From positions 74,214,001-74,278,000 of the forward strand of contig NC_042997.1 in NCBI RefSeq assembly GCF_006345805.1: a stretch of DNA of 64,000 nt, in the 5' to 3' direction. The notes beneath the pieces were generated by a model. It was given only the letters and a program-made list of their open reading frames with translations, did not search any database and was not told where the DNA came from. The DNA is from Octopus sinensis (taxonomy: Eukaryota). The translations under genes and the position numbers were made by a program. Shown here one piece after another: positions 1 through 13,405 of this stretch. The stretch's first letter is position 1; every line of letters starts with the position of its first letter.

Positions 1-224
1 AACCTGGTGTTTGTAAATATGAAGTATTTTGCTCAAGAACACAACACACTTCCTGGTACAACACCCTAACCACTAAGCTAAGCATCCTTACACACACACA
101 TGCATACACACAGTAGAAATCAACTTGTGACCAAATAAGATCACTTTCTAGACCTAATATATGGTTGAGTTGGTGTGTTGGTTGAGCTATTGATCTAAAT
201 CCCCAAGAATCTTTGGAATGTTTA

Positions 225-1330
225 ACAGATCTTTGGAGAATCTACATCAGTTACTTTTGCTCTTTCTTCACGAAACCTAGTATTTCTTGTTTTTTTGCAT
301 AAATTTGTAGGTACAAAGCCAATGATGATAGTTACAAATGAGAATTTATAGTTAGAATGCAAGAGCTGTAAGTTCTGCATAAATGTTCTGTTTTTGCTAC
401 ACTTTTGATGGTACATTCACATCTGTTGGGCAGCTAACTTCTATAACAGCACATGGCTTTTTTTCCCAGTCACACAGAACAATATCAGGTCTGTTATGTT
501 TGCACCAAATTGCTCTTTGTTATTGACATGTTTCACCTGTATTCCTTGTTTTTAAAGGTGTGATTACCTTCCTGTGAGTGGTGTTGTAAATAGTATTTGC
601 AACGATATCATTCCTCAGGGGTAGGTAGTATCTTGTAGACGTTTTTGGACAGCTGCTGATGATGCGGATGATATCTTCCACAATGGCATAGCAGAACTGA
701 CATTTTCTATCACAATGTGAAGGACTGATGGTACCTTTGTCTCTCTTGTTTATCAGATAGTGAAAGCATATCCTTCAAGGTGGAATGTAATACTGTTAAT
801 GCTGTTGTTAACCTTTAGCTTACGGGATATGCATTCTTCTCCAAGCTGCTGTTTAAGTAGGGCAGTCAAGACTCCTTTGGGTCATATGAGACAGTTACAT
901 TCTCAGAGTATCTGCACTTTGAAGATGCTGTTGCTCTCATTTTTGAGTTTGCTTGGAATGTGCTCATTTCTTTCTTTACTGTTCAGCAGGTGTTGTCTGA
1001 ATGATACAATGCAACATTCAAAGGCTGTTTGGGCTGACCTTATGCTTCTACTGCCATCATTTCATCTCACATAGATCCTATGGGTGTCACTGTTAATATG
1101 GAAGTTGCCAGTGGTGGTCAGCACCATTCTAGTTGTGATGTCCAGGCAGTGGATCTCTTCAATGTTCTTGGGGGAAAGAGTAGTCAGCCAATATATACCA
1201 ATATCTAGCTCAGCATCCATTGCTTTTTAAACAGGGTTGTGAGAATTGCCCTGTAGAACATTAGCTTTTCTGTTAGGTGATTTTCCCTTCAGAAGTTTCA
1301 TAATAACTGTCACAAATGTTTCGCTGGTAA
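225..1330 (-). mobile_element. Degenerate R4/Dong-clade non-LTR retrotransposon (C-terminal ORF: post-RT region, CCHC knuckle, restriction-like endonuclease)
   Basis: My minus-strand translation gives LDITTRMVLTTTGNFHINSD (~1090-1160), a CCHC-like knuckle CDRKCQFCYAIVEDIIRIISSCPKTSTRYYLPLRNDIVA (598-714, His lost) and the RLE motif HNRPDIVLCDWEKKPCAVIEVSCPTD (~420-498), interrupted by stops and frameshifts. The element may extend to ~1800. Confidence 0.8.
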
Positions 1331-1893
1331 TGTTATATATTTTGGGTGAGGCATTTACATGATACTCACTTTGCAGTTTTGTTTAACAATGCTGCATTGC
1401 AATTGTGTTCCTCACCAGAATGACTCTAGGTCTTCCTGGGGAGGAGCATTTACTAACTTGATGGTATTGCTTTTCATACTGTGATATATAGCTTGTAGGT
1501 TTTGGGCAAACTTGCGGTTTTATCATATTTCATTCATGTGGTCAGTTTGCTTGTGAGTATTTCTTGACAGTAATTCCAATACAATTTGGAGAATGCAGTT
1601 GTAGCTGGTGATTTATGAATTCATTTTTAGTTTTACATTTGATGATATTGACCAACTGTCCCATTCTTTTTTCTGAGTCTGTTAATGTTATTTTGGACTC
1701 TTTTACTCTCATTTGCTACTGCACACTTACTGCAGCACAATATAGCAAGGCACTTATTGTCCAAAAGCTGAGAGTTTGAATTTGAGCTATCTCGTTTTTG
1801 TCAATTACAGATAAAACTTGAGTTATGGTCCAATGCATATCATAATCAGTGGCCCGGGAACAAAATTTGCTTAGTGGGTGCAAACTCAGTTCC

Positions 1894-2575
1894 AAAATTT
1901 GGCACTACTGAAGAAGTGTGGATCTGAGTTCTGGGAGTGTGCATGTCACAAATTTGCGCATGCGAGCACGTTAGTCGTAAACAACGAGACATGCGCTACT
2001 TGCAGTAAATGGAGAGTGGGTTATCCATCTAATACAAGAAGAAAATTGCAGATAAATTGAATAAAAACATGAAAAATAACAAAATGATATTTCATTGAAA
2101 AGTAAACCATTCTGAAAGATAGTTCAGAATATTTTCAAAACATCCATCTCCAGCTTTTCCCATATTTTATTAAGGGTTAGAGGTTAGGGTTTAGGGTTAG
2201 GTTGAGGGTTAGGGTTTATGGTTTTTTTTTTGTTTTTATGACCGGGTCAAACGCTTTAGTTTGATCGTTTAGGGTTAGGGTAGATGAATGTTTTTTTCAG
2301 TATTCAATGATTATTTTTCACTTTTATATTCAATTTATCAGCAATTTTCTTTTTGTATTACATGGATAACCCTGCTCCATTTACAAGTAGCATGCGTCCG
2401 TGTGCCTCGTTGTTTACCTCTGTGTTAAAATCAACTAGTAGCGCACATCCGTGCGTCTCGTCGTTTGCCTTGTGAGCTAAAATCGACTACTTACAACTAA
2501 CGCACGCGCACGCACAAATTTGTGACATGCACATTCTCAGAACTCAGGTCCACACTTCTGTAGTACCCAAATTTT
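1894..2575. mobile_element. MITE/foldback element with long imperfect TIRs and internal telomere-like (TTAGGG) repeats
   Basis: Left arm 1894-~2100 (aaaatttggcactactgaagaagtgtggatctgagttctggg...) is the reverse complement of ~2290-2575 (...gaactcaggtccacacttctgtagtacccaaatttt), with an internal duplication in the right arm. Degenerate ttaggg repeats at ~2170-2283. No clear TSD. Confidence 0.75.
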
Positions 2576-2874
2576 TACAAACAAGGTGAAATTTTCTAAT
2601 TTGGGTATAAAAACAAACAAATGTTCAATAATAACTTTTATTATTATGAGGATCGACTGGAAAATTAACAGGTGGACCAATATATTCTCATGGAATGTGA
2701 CCAAATGAAGTTCATTTTTAAATATTAGAACCTTTTCTGCTTGATTTCACCTTCAGAAATTTTAAAATTAAGCGAAAATTTTCAAATTTGATACATTGGT
2801 GTAATTTTTTACATTGAATCTGATGCTATTCACTTATTCCAGAAAAACTTTAGAAAACTGTAACAGAGGTTTAA

Positions 2875-3913
2875 CCCTTTCGTTACTATATTTCTGACCA
2901 AAATACACGCCTCATGAGTTTCAATTAAATTCTAAAATAATCATGAATCTAGGCTTGTTTCATTAAATAACTGTAACTTTTTTTACTTATCAACATATTA
3001 ATGTGATATTTGGAACATAATTAAAGAAAGGGTTCTTAATCAATTCTATTGCATAACTTTTGTCTCAAAGGTAAATCCAGGTAAATTGAGCAAAAGGTAA
3101 AAATATTAAAATTTTAAATTGAGCAAAAGGTAGTATGCAACAAAATTTTGATAAAGAAGAATTGTGCACATCACTATATCATCAGTTGAATTTAATGCAC
3201 AACAGGTGTACCATAAAGGTGGAATAAAGTGAAATACTGGAATCCACCGTAAGTTTGACCGAACTAAAGAAATCGGTCAAAAAATAATATACGGCCCTGG
3301 TTATGGCATGGAAGTGATAAATTCCAGACCACATCATTCCCTAGGCCATGCTGACTAATATTATTTTCCCTGTATAAAAACTAAATCCACGCAGTACCCA
3401 GTATTTGCTTCACAAATTTTCCGAAATTTGAACCCCCATTTTGTGTTTGTTTACAATCTGCGTAAATTTGTTTCCGCATTGATCGCTTCAAACAATAACT
3501 TCCAGACCACATCATACCCTAAGCCATGCTGACTAACATTAGTTTCCCTGTATAAAAACTAAATCCACAACAGTACCCAGTATTTGTTTCACAAATTTTC
3601 CAATTCGGAATCAATGTTTGATAACATGAAACTCCTATCCATTTTCAAAGTTGAAGAAAAATCGATGCCGAAAAAAATGTGGAAAAAAATCTCCCAAAAT
3701 TCAGGGAATAAAAATTACACGTCGATCGTTGTACAAAACTGTAGATGAATTGTTTACGAAGCATAATCACATATTTTCACGAATGTACTAAAGAGATTTG
3801 CTCTGATATTCTCATTTAAATATGAATAGGTAAATTCGGGCGGGTTTGGGCGGTTTGGTCACATTAACCAAAATTTTTTTCGGGCAGCTTTGGGCGGTTT
3901 GGTAACGAAAGGG
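2875..3913. mobile_element. Non-autonomous piggyBac-like element
   Basis: TTAA at 2871-2874 and 3914-3917 flank perfect 12-bp TIRs CCCTTTCGTTAC / GTAACGAAAGGG. Internal ~100-bp direct repeat (~3322-3421 vs ~3500-3600) and subterminal tttgggcggtttggt repeats. No transposase ORF. Confidence 0.85.
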
Positions 3914-4133
3914 TTAATGTTTGATCATTTTTCCCCCAAACAGAGAACAGGATGCGGAAGCTGGCATTTTGTACAAGGTGACAGTTTTAATAAAGTTTTG
4001 TGAAATGTTGAATAAACATACTGTTGATTTAGTTCATGTGAACAATACACATTTTTGAAATTGGAACAAAATTGAGACAATTGAAAAGTGAAAATCAAAC
4101 AGAAAAAATCATCTACATACATCTTTCAGCAAT

Positions 4134-4600
4134 TCATTGCTTCGATTGCCTTGGGAAAGAAGCTATCCTGTTAGTTAAACAAGTTTTCAACAGCTGATAA
4201 GACATCATCACTATGATATTGGTTCCTAACCGAGTATTTTTATATATATATATATGTAGGGGATATAGATAATAAGATGAGGTCAAATCACTAAAGTAGG
4301 GAGGGTGGCTTAGCAGTTCAAAGCCAATCACAAACAGCAGCCATCGAAACCAATTACTTGTGCACTGGAGTATTTGTTTCGATGAAAGTATTTGTTTTCC
4401 TTGCGTTTGGCCTTGATAGCCTTTCGCAACTGCCTTAGAAAGGTGGCACAGTACAGCACTCTCCATTGATGGTGAGAGCCTTTTGAAAGTAGTCAATAAA
4501 CACGATGATTTTTGCAATCCAAAATACTGAGGCCATCACTTTCCCTGCAGATTAAACGATCTTGATGACCTTCTTTAGAGTAAGTGTTGAGGAGTGTCTC
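4134..4600 (-). mobile_element. Mariner transposase remnant
   Basis: Minus-strand SAGKVMASVFWIAKIIVFIDYFQKALTINGE and FELLSHPPYFSDLTSSYYLY match the mariner catalytic region (consensus-like SAGKVMxSVFWD..., HPPYSPDLAPSDY). Frameshifted. Confidence 0.8.
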
Positions 4601-5381
4601 CACGGTTAGATTATCTCTTATTCTCTAACTCAAAATGATGAACCCAACACATTTAAGGAAACTGGATTTGCCTCAAGCAATGTCAGATATTCTCGAAATG
4701 TCATCAGGGAGTGTGGAGACAAGGAAATAAAGGTAGTTGAAAGTGATAATAAGAGGAAGAAATGAAGATGAGTAAAGAGAGAAAAGAAGCAGATATATGA
4801 AGAGAAAGACAAGTAGAAATAGATAGAGAATGTTTTGCAAACAAGAGGGGAAAGAAGCCGAGAGGAGCAGGATAGAAAATTAAGACAATATCGGCCAAAT
4901 GTTGACCGCTGAGTATGAACACATATTATATGTGTATACATACACAGGCATAAAGAGTGAGATAGAGAAAGATTTTGAATTTCTGTTGAATACAACATGG
5001 CAGATGATTAAAAAGGGCAGACACAAGAAAGAAAAAAGAAGAAAGTAAAGGACCACGTTTAAGGCCACTGAATTGTAACGAAAGAACTCTGGTCGAACAA
5101 AAACCTGAAAAACAAATAGTGAACATCAAATAAATAGTGCTTGTGTTTTTATTGGCAAAACCAGCAACACGACCTCCCATCCAATATATTTCAAAAGACG
5201 ATAGACCATACTAGAGCACCGTCTTTTATTTGAACAAATCAATGCCAGGAATTATTCTTTGGAAGCTTTGTATTTATACTATCGCCTCTTTTTCCGAACC
5301 AACATACAGACACACAAATACATACATTCATATGTATATGCGTGTGTGTATGTGTGCTTGCATATGTACCTACCTACCTAC

Positions 5382-5500
<119 letters not shown>

Positions 5501-5512
<12 letters not shown>

Positions 5513-5552
5513 GTTCTTTCGTCACACTTCTGCGACCTCATCAGTGTCTTTC
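5501..5552 (-). ncRNA. Hammerhead-like motif, probably truncated at the cleavage site
   Basis: Minus strand: gaaagaca-CTGATGA-g-gtcgc(agaagt..)gtgac-GAAA-g-aa-c-TC, then (TC)n. Core and stem II are present, but the 3' strand of stem I is replaced by microsatellite. Confidence 0.4.
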
Positions 5553-5690
5553 GCTTTCCTCCTTGTGTTGCCTCGTTCTAATGATCCGCCTTGTGATTTG
5601 ACTTCTATTTTTATCAATGTCAGCCCCAAGTGGGCAGATTCAGAAATCTATAATATACACACACACACATATATATATATATATACACTG

Positions 5691-5830
5691 TAAAGTGGTT
5701 GGCGTTAGGAAGGGCACCCAACCACGAAAACCTTGCCAAACTAGTTGGGAGCTGGTAGCCCTTGGCTTCTGGCCCTGTTGAATCATACAACCTATACCAG
5801 TATGGAAAGCGGACGTTAGATGATGATGAA
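5691..5830 (+). mobile_element. Fragment of the RTE 3' UTR / SINE-like repeat ending in (GAT)n
   Basis: gtggttggcgttaggaagggc... ggaaagcggacgttagatgatgatga resembles the 3' ends of the RTE copies at 23700-23858 and 56250-56410. Confidence 0.65.
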
Positions 5831-5914
5831 TATATATAATATTTATAATGTATAAGATATATATATATTAATGTATATATATGTGCATGCTTGTATCACT
5901 TTCTCTCTCTCTCT

Positions 5915-5965
<51 letters not shown>

Positions 5966-5976
5966 TATATAGAAGG

Positions 5977-6027
5977 AGCTTCTACAGGACTAGAACTGTT
6001 TCATTCAAGAGAAATGATCAGGAAGCT
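5977..6027 (-). ncRNA. Type I hammerhead ribozyme copy HH1, core-mutated (CUGAUCA, G8C)
   Basis: Minus strand: agcttc-CTGATCA-tttctcttgaat-GAAA-cag-ttctagtc-ctg-TA|gaagct. Identical to HH3/HH4 except at core position 8 (plus-strand g at 6016). Confidence 0.7.
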
Positions 6028-6334
6028 AGTTAACAAGAATTGTTTCGGCATTTATACATTTAGGCAGGTTTAAAGGGGTGGTAGTGGGGGACTTTTTGGG
6101 GGTAGGCATAGCGCAAAAGTATCATACTTAGGGGAGTGGTCAAGGAGTCAGTGGTATAGTAGATAAAAGAATAAATAAAAGAATAAAATAAAAAAAAATA
6201 AATAAATAAATAAATAGAAGAATAGAGTTTTAGGTAAATAAGGAGACTCTCACTTATACATATACACATACGTATATATACACACACACACACACACATA
6301 CACACACACATATACATACATACATATATATATA

Positions 6335-6384
<50 letters not shown>

Positions 6385-6508
6385 GTATATATACACACAC
6401 GCCCACACATACATATACATACATACAAATATATACATACACACACATACCCATACACACATACACACACATATATACATACACACATGCACACACATGT
6501 CCATATAT

Positions 6509-6543
<35 letters not shown>

Positions 6544-7239
6544 CATATGTGTACCTATACATACCTACACATATACACATATACATACACATACAAACCC
6601 ATTCCCTTATTTTAATTTTATTATTATTTTCTTTTATTACTTTTGTTATCTTTGACCGCGGTCACAAGCATCTTGGCTATCGTCCCCCTGGGGACGACAG
6701 CAAGTCCATTTATCTTTCTACTCGAACACAAGCACTCACTCACGCACGCACACACACTCATTCGTACAATAATACACATACACGCACGCACGCGTTATAT
6801 TCATACATACATACATCTACATACATTCACATATATACACATACGTACGCGTACCTACAGATTCATGTCTACACGCTTACACATACATACCTCAATACAC
6901 CCACAGAAGACTAGTCCATACATATACACCAATAAATATATATACACATATACATATACACCTACATACACATACATACACATACACACATATACGTATA
7001 TATACATACATATACATACACCTATACATACATACATATATACACATACACCCACACATATACATATACATATATATACACACATACATACATGTACTTA
7101 TATATATATATATAAATTACTACGATGATCCGGTTCTTGACTGAAGACTGAGGGTTTCGAATGTCCTGTCCGTGTTTATTGTATCGTCTTCTAAGAGTTA
7201 TACGTTCTTGTATTTTTCTACATACCTTAATATATATAT

Positions 7240-7293
<54 letters not shown>

Positions 7294-7752
7294 CATACAT
7301 ACATACATACACACACACATATACACATATACATGCGTACACATACACACACACACGCGCGCATCTATATATACACATAAGTACACACATGCGTAAAAGT
7401 ATACATATATTTATACATATGCTTACACATATACACACACACGCGCGCCTCCTTATGTTCATATACTTACATGCATACTCAAAAAATAAATAATAAAATA
7501 TATATACGTGCAGTTATTCATATACATACATGCATACTCAAAAAATAAATAATAAATATTAAATATATATACGTGCAGTTACCTATTATACAGACGGATA
7601 CATACATATAAACTTACACATATATACCTATTTACACATATGTATATATACATACATACATACATAACTCTACATACCTACATATACATAAACACACGAG
7701 CATACACGTATATGTACATATACACATATACATACATATACATATACATATA

Positions 7753-7794
<42 letters not shown>

Positions 7795-7872
7795 TACACA
7801 TACACACATATATATATACATACATATACACACATACACACACATACATACATATACATATATACACATATA

Positions 7873-7913
<41 letters not shown>

Positions 7914-8217
7914 TTGTGTATACATACATACATACTCATACACACACACATACACATACACACACATATATACACGCATGTACACATAAGTACATACATG
8001 CATAAATGTATACATATTTCTATACAAGTGCATACACATACACACACTCACGCGCCACCTTATATACATAAATACATACATGGATACAAACGCATACTCA
8101 AGTAATAAATAATAAGTAATAAATAATAAATAATAAGTATATATACATGCAGTTACCCTTTATACAGACGGAAACATTCATATAAACATACATATATACA
8201 TATATATACATATACAC

Positions 8218-8248
<31 letters not shown>

Positions 8249-8335
8249 CATACATACATATATATATACACCTATCTACACATATGCATATATACACACA
8301 TACATGCACATACGTATAACTCTACATACCCACAT

Positions 8336-8390
<55 letters not shown>

Positions 8391-8483
8391 CATCTACACA
8401 TCTGTATATACACACACATACATGCACATACACATAACTCTACATACCTACATATACATCGACACACTAGCGTACACTTATAT

Positions 8484-8516
<33 letters not shown>

Positions 8517-8561
8517 GTACACACACATACACACACACACATATATATATACATATATATA

Positions 8562-8596
<35 letters not shown>

Positions 8597-8659
8597 TATA
8601 TGTATATATACATATATATATATATACATACATACATATATATATATATATAATATATA

Positions 8660-8698
<39 letters not shown>

Positions 8699-9020
8699 TG
8701 AATACGTATCGCCACCGTTGGCCACTGCATCGAACACTTTGAACATATACTTCAAACTATATATCAACTATACATGAACTCTAAGATGTCTGACTCCGTT
8801 GTGTATTATAAATGAATTTCTTGTGTTTGACGGCATGAGCTGTCTCTTTTTATATATAACTTTTTTTGATAAGGTTCATTTCAGGAACTGAAACATGTTA
8901 TAATGTATATATAAAAATTAAAAATTGTATAATACGGCAGCATTTTCGAACTTCATTTTTTACAAATATATATAAATATATATATATATATATGTGTATA
9001 TATATATGTGTGTGTGTGTA

Positions 9021-9062
<42 letters not shown>

Positions 9063-9148
9063 TGTACGCTAGTGTGTCGATGTATATGTAGGTATGTAGA
9101 GTTATGTGTATGTGCATGTATGTGTGTGTATATACAGATGTGTAGATG

Positions 9149-9194
<46 letters not shown>

Positions 9195-9277
9195 GGTCCC
9201 GGGTTGATTCGGGGTTAACCACAGTAAATAAGGTACTCAATACATAGCAGAGTAAAATTAATTTATTATATAGAAGG

Positions 9278-9328
9278 AGCTTCTACAGGACTAGAACTGT
9301 TTCATTCAAGAGAAATCATCAGGAAACT
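9278..9328 (-). ncRNA. Type I hammerhead ribozyme copy HH2 (intact core, one G:U in stem I)
   Basis: Minus strand: agtttc-CTGATGA-tttctcttgaat-GAAA-cag-ttctagtc-ctg-TA|gaagct. Predicted GUA cleavage between 9284 and 9283. Confidence 0.75.
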
Positions 9329-9647
9329 AGTTAACAAGAATTGTATTGGCATTTATACATTTAGGCAGGTTTAAAGGGGTGGTGGTGGGGAACTTTTTGG
9401 GGGTAGGCATAGCGCAAAAATATCATACTTGGGGGAGTGGTCAAGGAGTCAGTGGTAAATTAGATAAAAGAATAAATAAAAGAATAAAAAAATAATAAAA
9501 AAATATATAGAAGAATAGAGTTTTAGGTAAATAAGGAGATTCTCACTTATACATATACACATATGTATATATATATACACACACACACATATACATGCAC
9601 ACATACATACACACACACATATATATATACATATATATATACATACA

Positions 9648-9691
<44 letters not shown>

Positions 9692-9835
9692 CATATATAT
9701 GCATACACATATACATACACACATGTATATATACACACACGTCACACATACATATACACACAAAAATATATACATACACACACATACACACACATATCCA
9801 CATACACACATGCACACACAAGTCCCTATATACAC

Positions 9836-9882
<47 letters not shown>

Positions 9883-10214
9883 TATACATATGTGTACCTA
9901 TACATACCTACACATACACACATATACATACAAATACAAACCCATTCCCTAATTTTAATTTTATTATCTTCATTTATTACTTTTGTTATCTTTGATCGCT
10001 GGTCACAAGCATCTTGGCTACGACAGCAAGTCCATTTATCTTTCTACTTGAACACAAGCACTCACTCACGCACGCACACTCATTAGCACGCACACTCACT
10101 CATTCGTACACTCATACACATACACGCACGCACGCGTTATATTCATACATAGATACATGTACGTACATTCACATATATACACATACGTACGCGTATGTAT
10201 GTATGTATATATAC

Positions 10215-10251
<37 letters not shown>

Positions 10252-10260
10252 CATACACCC

Positions 10261-10292
<32 letters not shown>

Positions 10293-10885
10293 TTGTATGT
10301 AGGTGTATATGTATGTGTGTATATATATTTATTGGTGTATATGTATGGACTAGTCTTCTAAGCGTGTAGACATGAATCTGTAGGTACGCGTACGTATGTG
10401 TATATATGTGAATGTATGTAGATGTATGTATGTATGAATATAACGCGTGCGTGCGTGTATGTGTATGAGTGTACGAATGAGTGAGTGTGCGTGCTAATGA
10501 GTGTGCGTGCGTGAGTGAGTGCTTGTGTTCAAGTAGAAAGATAAATGGACTTGCTGTCGTAGCCAAGATGCTTGTGACCAGCGGTCAAAGATAACAAAAG
10601 TAATAAATGAAGATAATAAAATTAAAATTAGGGAATGGGTTTGTATTTGTATGTATATGTGTGTATGTGTAGGTATGTATAGGTACACATATGTATATAT
10701 ATATATGTATATATATATATGTATGTATATATGTGTATATAGGGACTTGTGTGTGCATGTGTGTATGTGGATATGTGTGTGTATGTGTGTATGTGTATGT
10801 GTGTGTATGTATATATTTTTGTGTGTATATGTATGTGTGGTCGTGTGTGTATATATACATGTGTGTATGTATATGTGTATGCATA

Positions 10886-10930
<45 letters not shown>

Positions 10931-11248
10931 GTATGTATATATATATGTATATATATATGTGTGTGTGTGTATGTATGTGTGTATGTATATGTGTGTGTGT
11001 GTATATATATACATATGTGTATATGTATAAGTGAGAATCTCCTTATTTACCTAAAACTCTATTCTTCTATATATTTTTTTATTATTTTTTTATTCTTTTA
11101 TTTATTCTTTTATCTAATTTACCACTGACTCCTTGACCACTCCCCCAAGTATGATATTTTTGCGCTATGCCTACCCCCAAAAAGTCCCCCACCACCACCC
11201 CTTTAAACATGCCTAAATGTATAAATGCCAATACAATTCTTGTTAACT

Positions 11249-11299
11249 AGCTTCCTGATGATTTCTCTTGAATGAAACAGTTCTAGTCCTGTAGAAGCT
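11249..11299 (+). ncRNA. Type I hammerhead ribozyme copy HH3 (intact)
   Basis: Stem I agcttc (11249-54)/gaagct (11294-99); core CTGATGA 11255-61; stem II ttc-tctt-gaa closed by U.U; GAAA 11274-77; stem III cag/ctg around a CTAG-containing loop; GUA triplet 11291-93. Confidence 0.8.
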
Positions 11300-11310
11300 C
11301 CTTCTATATA

Positions 11311-11358
<48 letters not shown>

Positions 11359-11445
11359 ATGTGGGTATGTAGAGTTATACGTATGTGCATGTATGTGTGT
11401 ATATATGCATATGTGTAGATAGGTGTATATATATGTAGGTATGTA

Positions 11446-11476
<31 letters not shown>

Positions 11477-11794
11477 GTATATGTATATATATGTATATAT
11501 GTATGTTTATATGAATGTTTCCGTCTGTATAAAGGGTAACTGCATGTATATATATACTTATTATTTATTATTTATTATTTATTACTTATTATTTATTACT
11601 TGAGCATGCGTTTGTATGCATGTATGTATTTATGTATATAAGGTGGTGCGTGAGTGTGTGTATGTGTATGCACTTGTATAGAAATATGTATACATTTATG
11701 CATGTATGTACTTATGTGTACATGCGTGTATATATATGTGTGTGTATGTGTATGTGTGTGTGTATGAGTATGTATGTATGTATACACAAATATG

Positions 11795-11844
<50 letters not shown>

Positions 11845-11955
11845 GTGTATATATGTATATGTATGTGTGTGTGTATGTGTGTATATGTATGTATATATAT
11901 ATGTGTGTATGTGTATGTGTGTGTATATATATATATATATATGTGAATGTATGTG

Positions 11956-12000
<45 letters not shown>

Positions 12001-12083
12001 AAGTGTGTGTATATATGTATGTGTAAGTGTGTATATGTTTGCTTGTATGTATATGTATATATGTGTATGTGTGTGTATATGTG

Positions 12084-12124
<41 letters not shown>

Positions 12125-12586
12125 ATATATGTATATGTATATGTATGTATATGTGTATAGGTACATATACGTGTATGCTCGTGTGTTTATGTATATGTAG
12201 GTATGTAGAGTTATGTATGTATGTATGTATGTATGTATGTATATATACATATGTGTAAATAGGTATATATGTGTAAGTTTATATGTATGTATCCATCTGT
12301 ATAATAGGTAACTGCACGTATATATATTTAATATTTATTATTTATTTTTTGAGTATGCATGTATGTATATGAATAACTGCACGTATATATATTTTATTAT
12401 TTATTTTTTGAGTATGCATGTAAGTATATGAACATAAGGAGGCGCGTGTGTGTGTGTGTGTATGTGTAAGCATATGTATAAATATATGTATACTTTTACG
12501 CATGTGTGTACTTATGTGTATATATAGATGCGCGTGTGTGTGTGTGTATGTGTACGCATGTATATGTGTATATGTGTGTGTGTATG

Positions 12587-12629
<43 letters not shown>

Positions 12630-13194
12630 GTATGTATGTGTGTATATATATGTATATGTATATGTGTGGGTGTGTGTATGTGTATATATGTATGTATAGG
12701 TGTATGTATATGTATGTATATATACGTATATATATGTGTATGTGTATGTATGTGTATGTAGGTGTATATGTATATGTGTATATATATTTATTGGTGTATA
12801 TGTGTGGACTAGTCTTCTGTGGGTGTATTGAGGTATGTATGTGTAAGCGTGTAGACATGAATCTGTAGGTACGCGTACGTATGTGTATATATGTGAATGT
12901 ATGTAGATGTATGTATGTATGAATATAACGCGTGCGTGCGTGTATGTGTATGAGTGTACGAATGAGTGTGTGTGCGTGCGAATTAGTGTGCGTGCGTGAG
13001 TGAGTGCTTGTGTTCGAGTAGAAAGATAAATGGACTTGCTGTCGTCCCCAGGGGGACGATAGCCAAGATGCTTGTGACCGCGGTCAAAGATAACAAAAGT
13101 AATAAATGAAAATAATAATAAAATTAAAATAAGGGAATGGGTTTGTATGTGTATGTATGTGTGTATGTGTAGGTATGTATAGGTACACATATGT

Positions 13195-13225
<31 letters not shown>

Positions 13226-13344
13226 TATATATGGACATGTGTGTGCATGTGTGTATGTATATGTGTGTGTATGTGTGTATGGGTATGTGTATGTATATAT
13301 TTGTATGTATGTATATGTATGTGTGGGCGTGTGTGTATATATAC

Positions 13345-13405
<61 letters not shown>

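Noticed and set aside
7117-7229. Insert in U1 with CTGAAGA...GAATGTC resembling a hammerhead
   Set aside because: GAAA is broken, stem II is poor and I cannot pair a stem I. It may be a decayed element end but is not supportable as a ribozyme.
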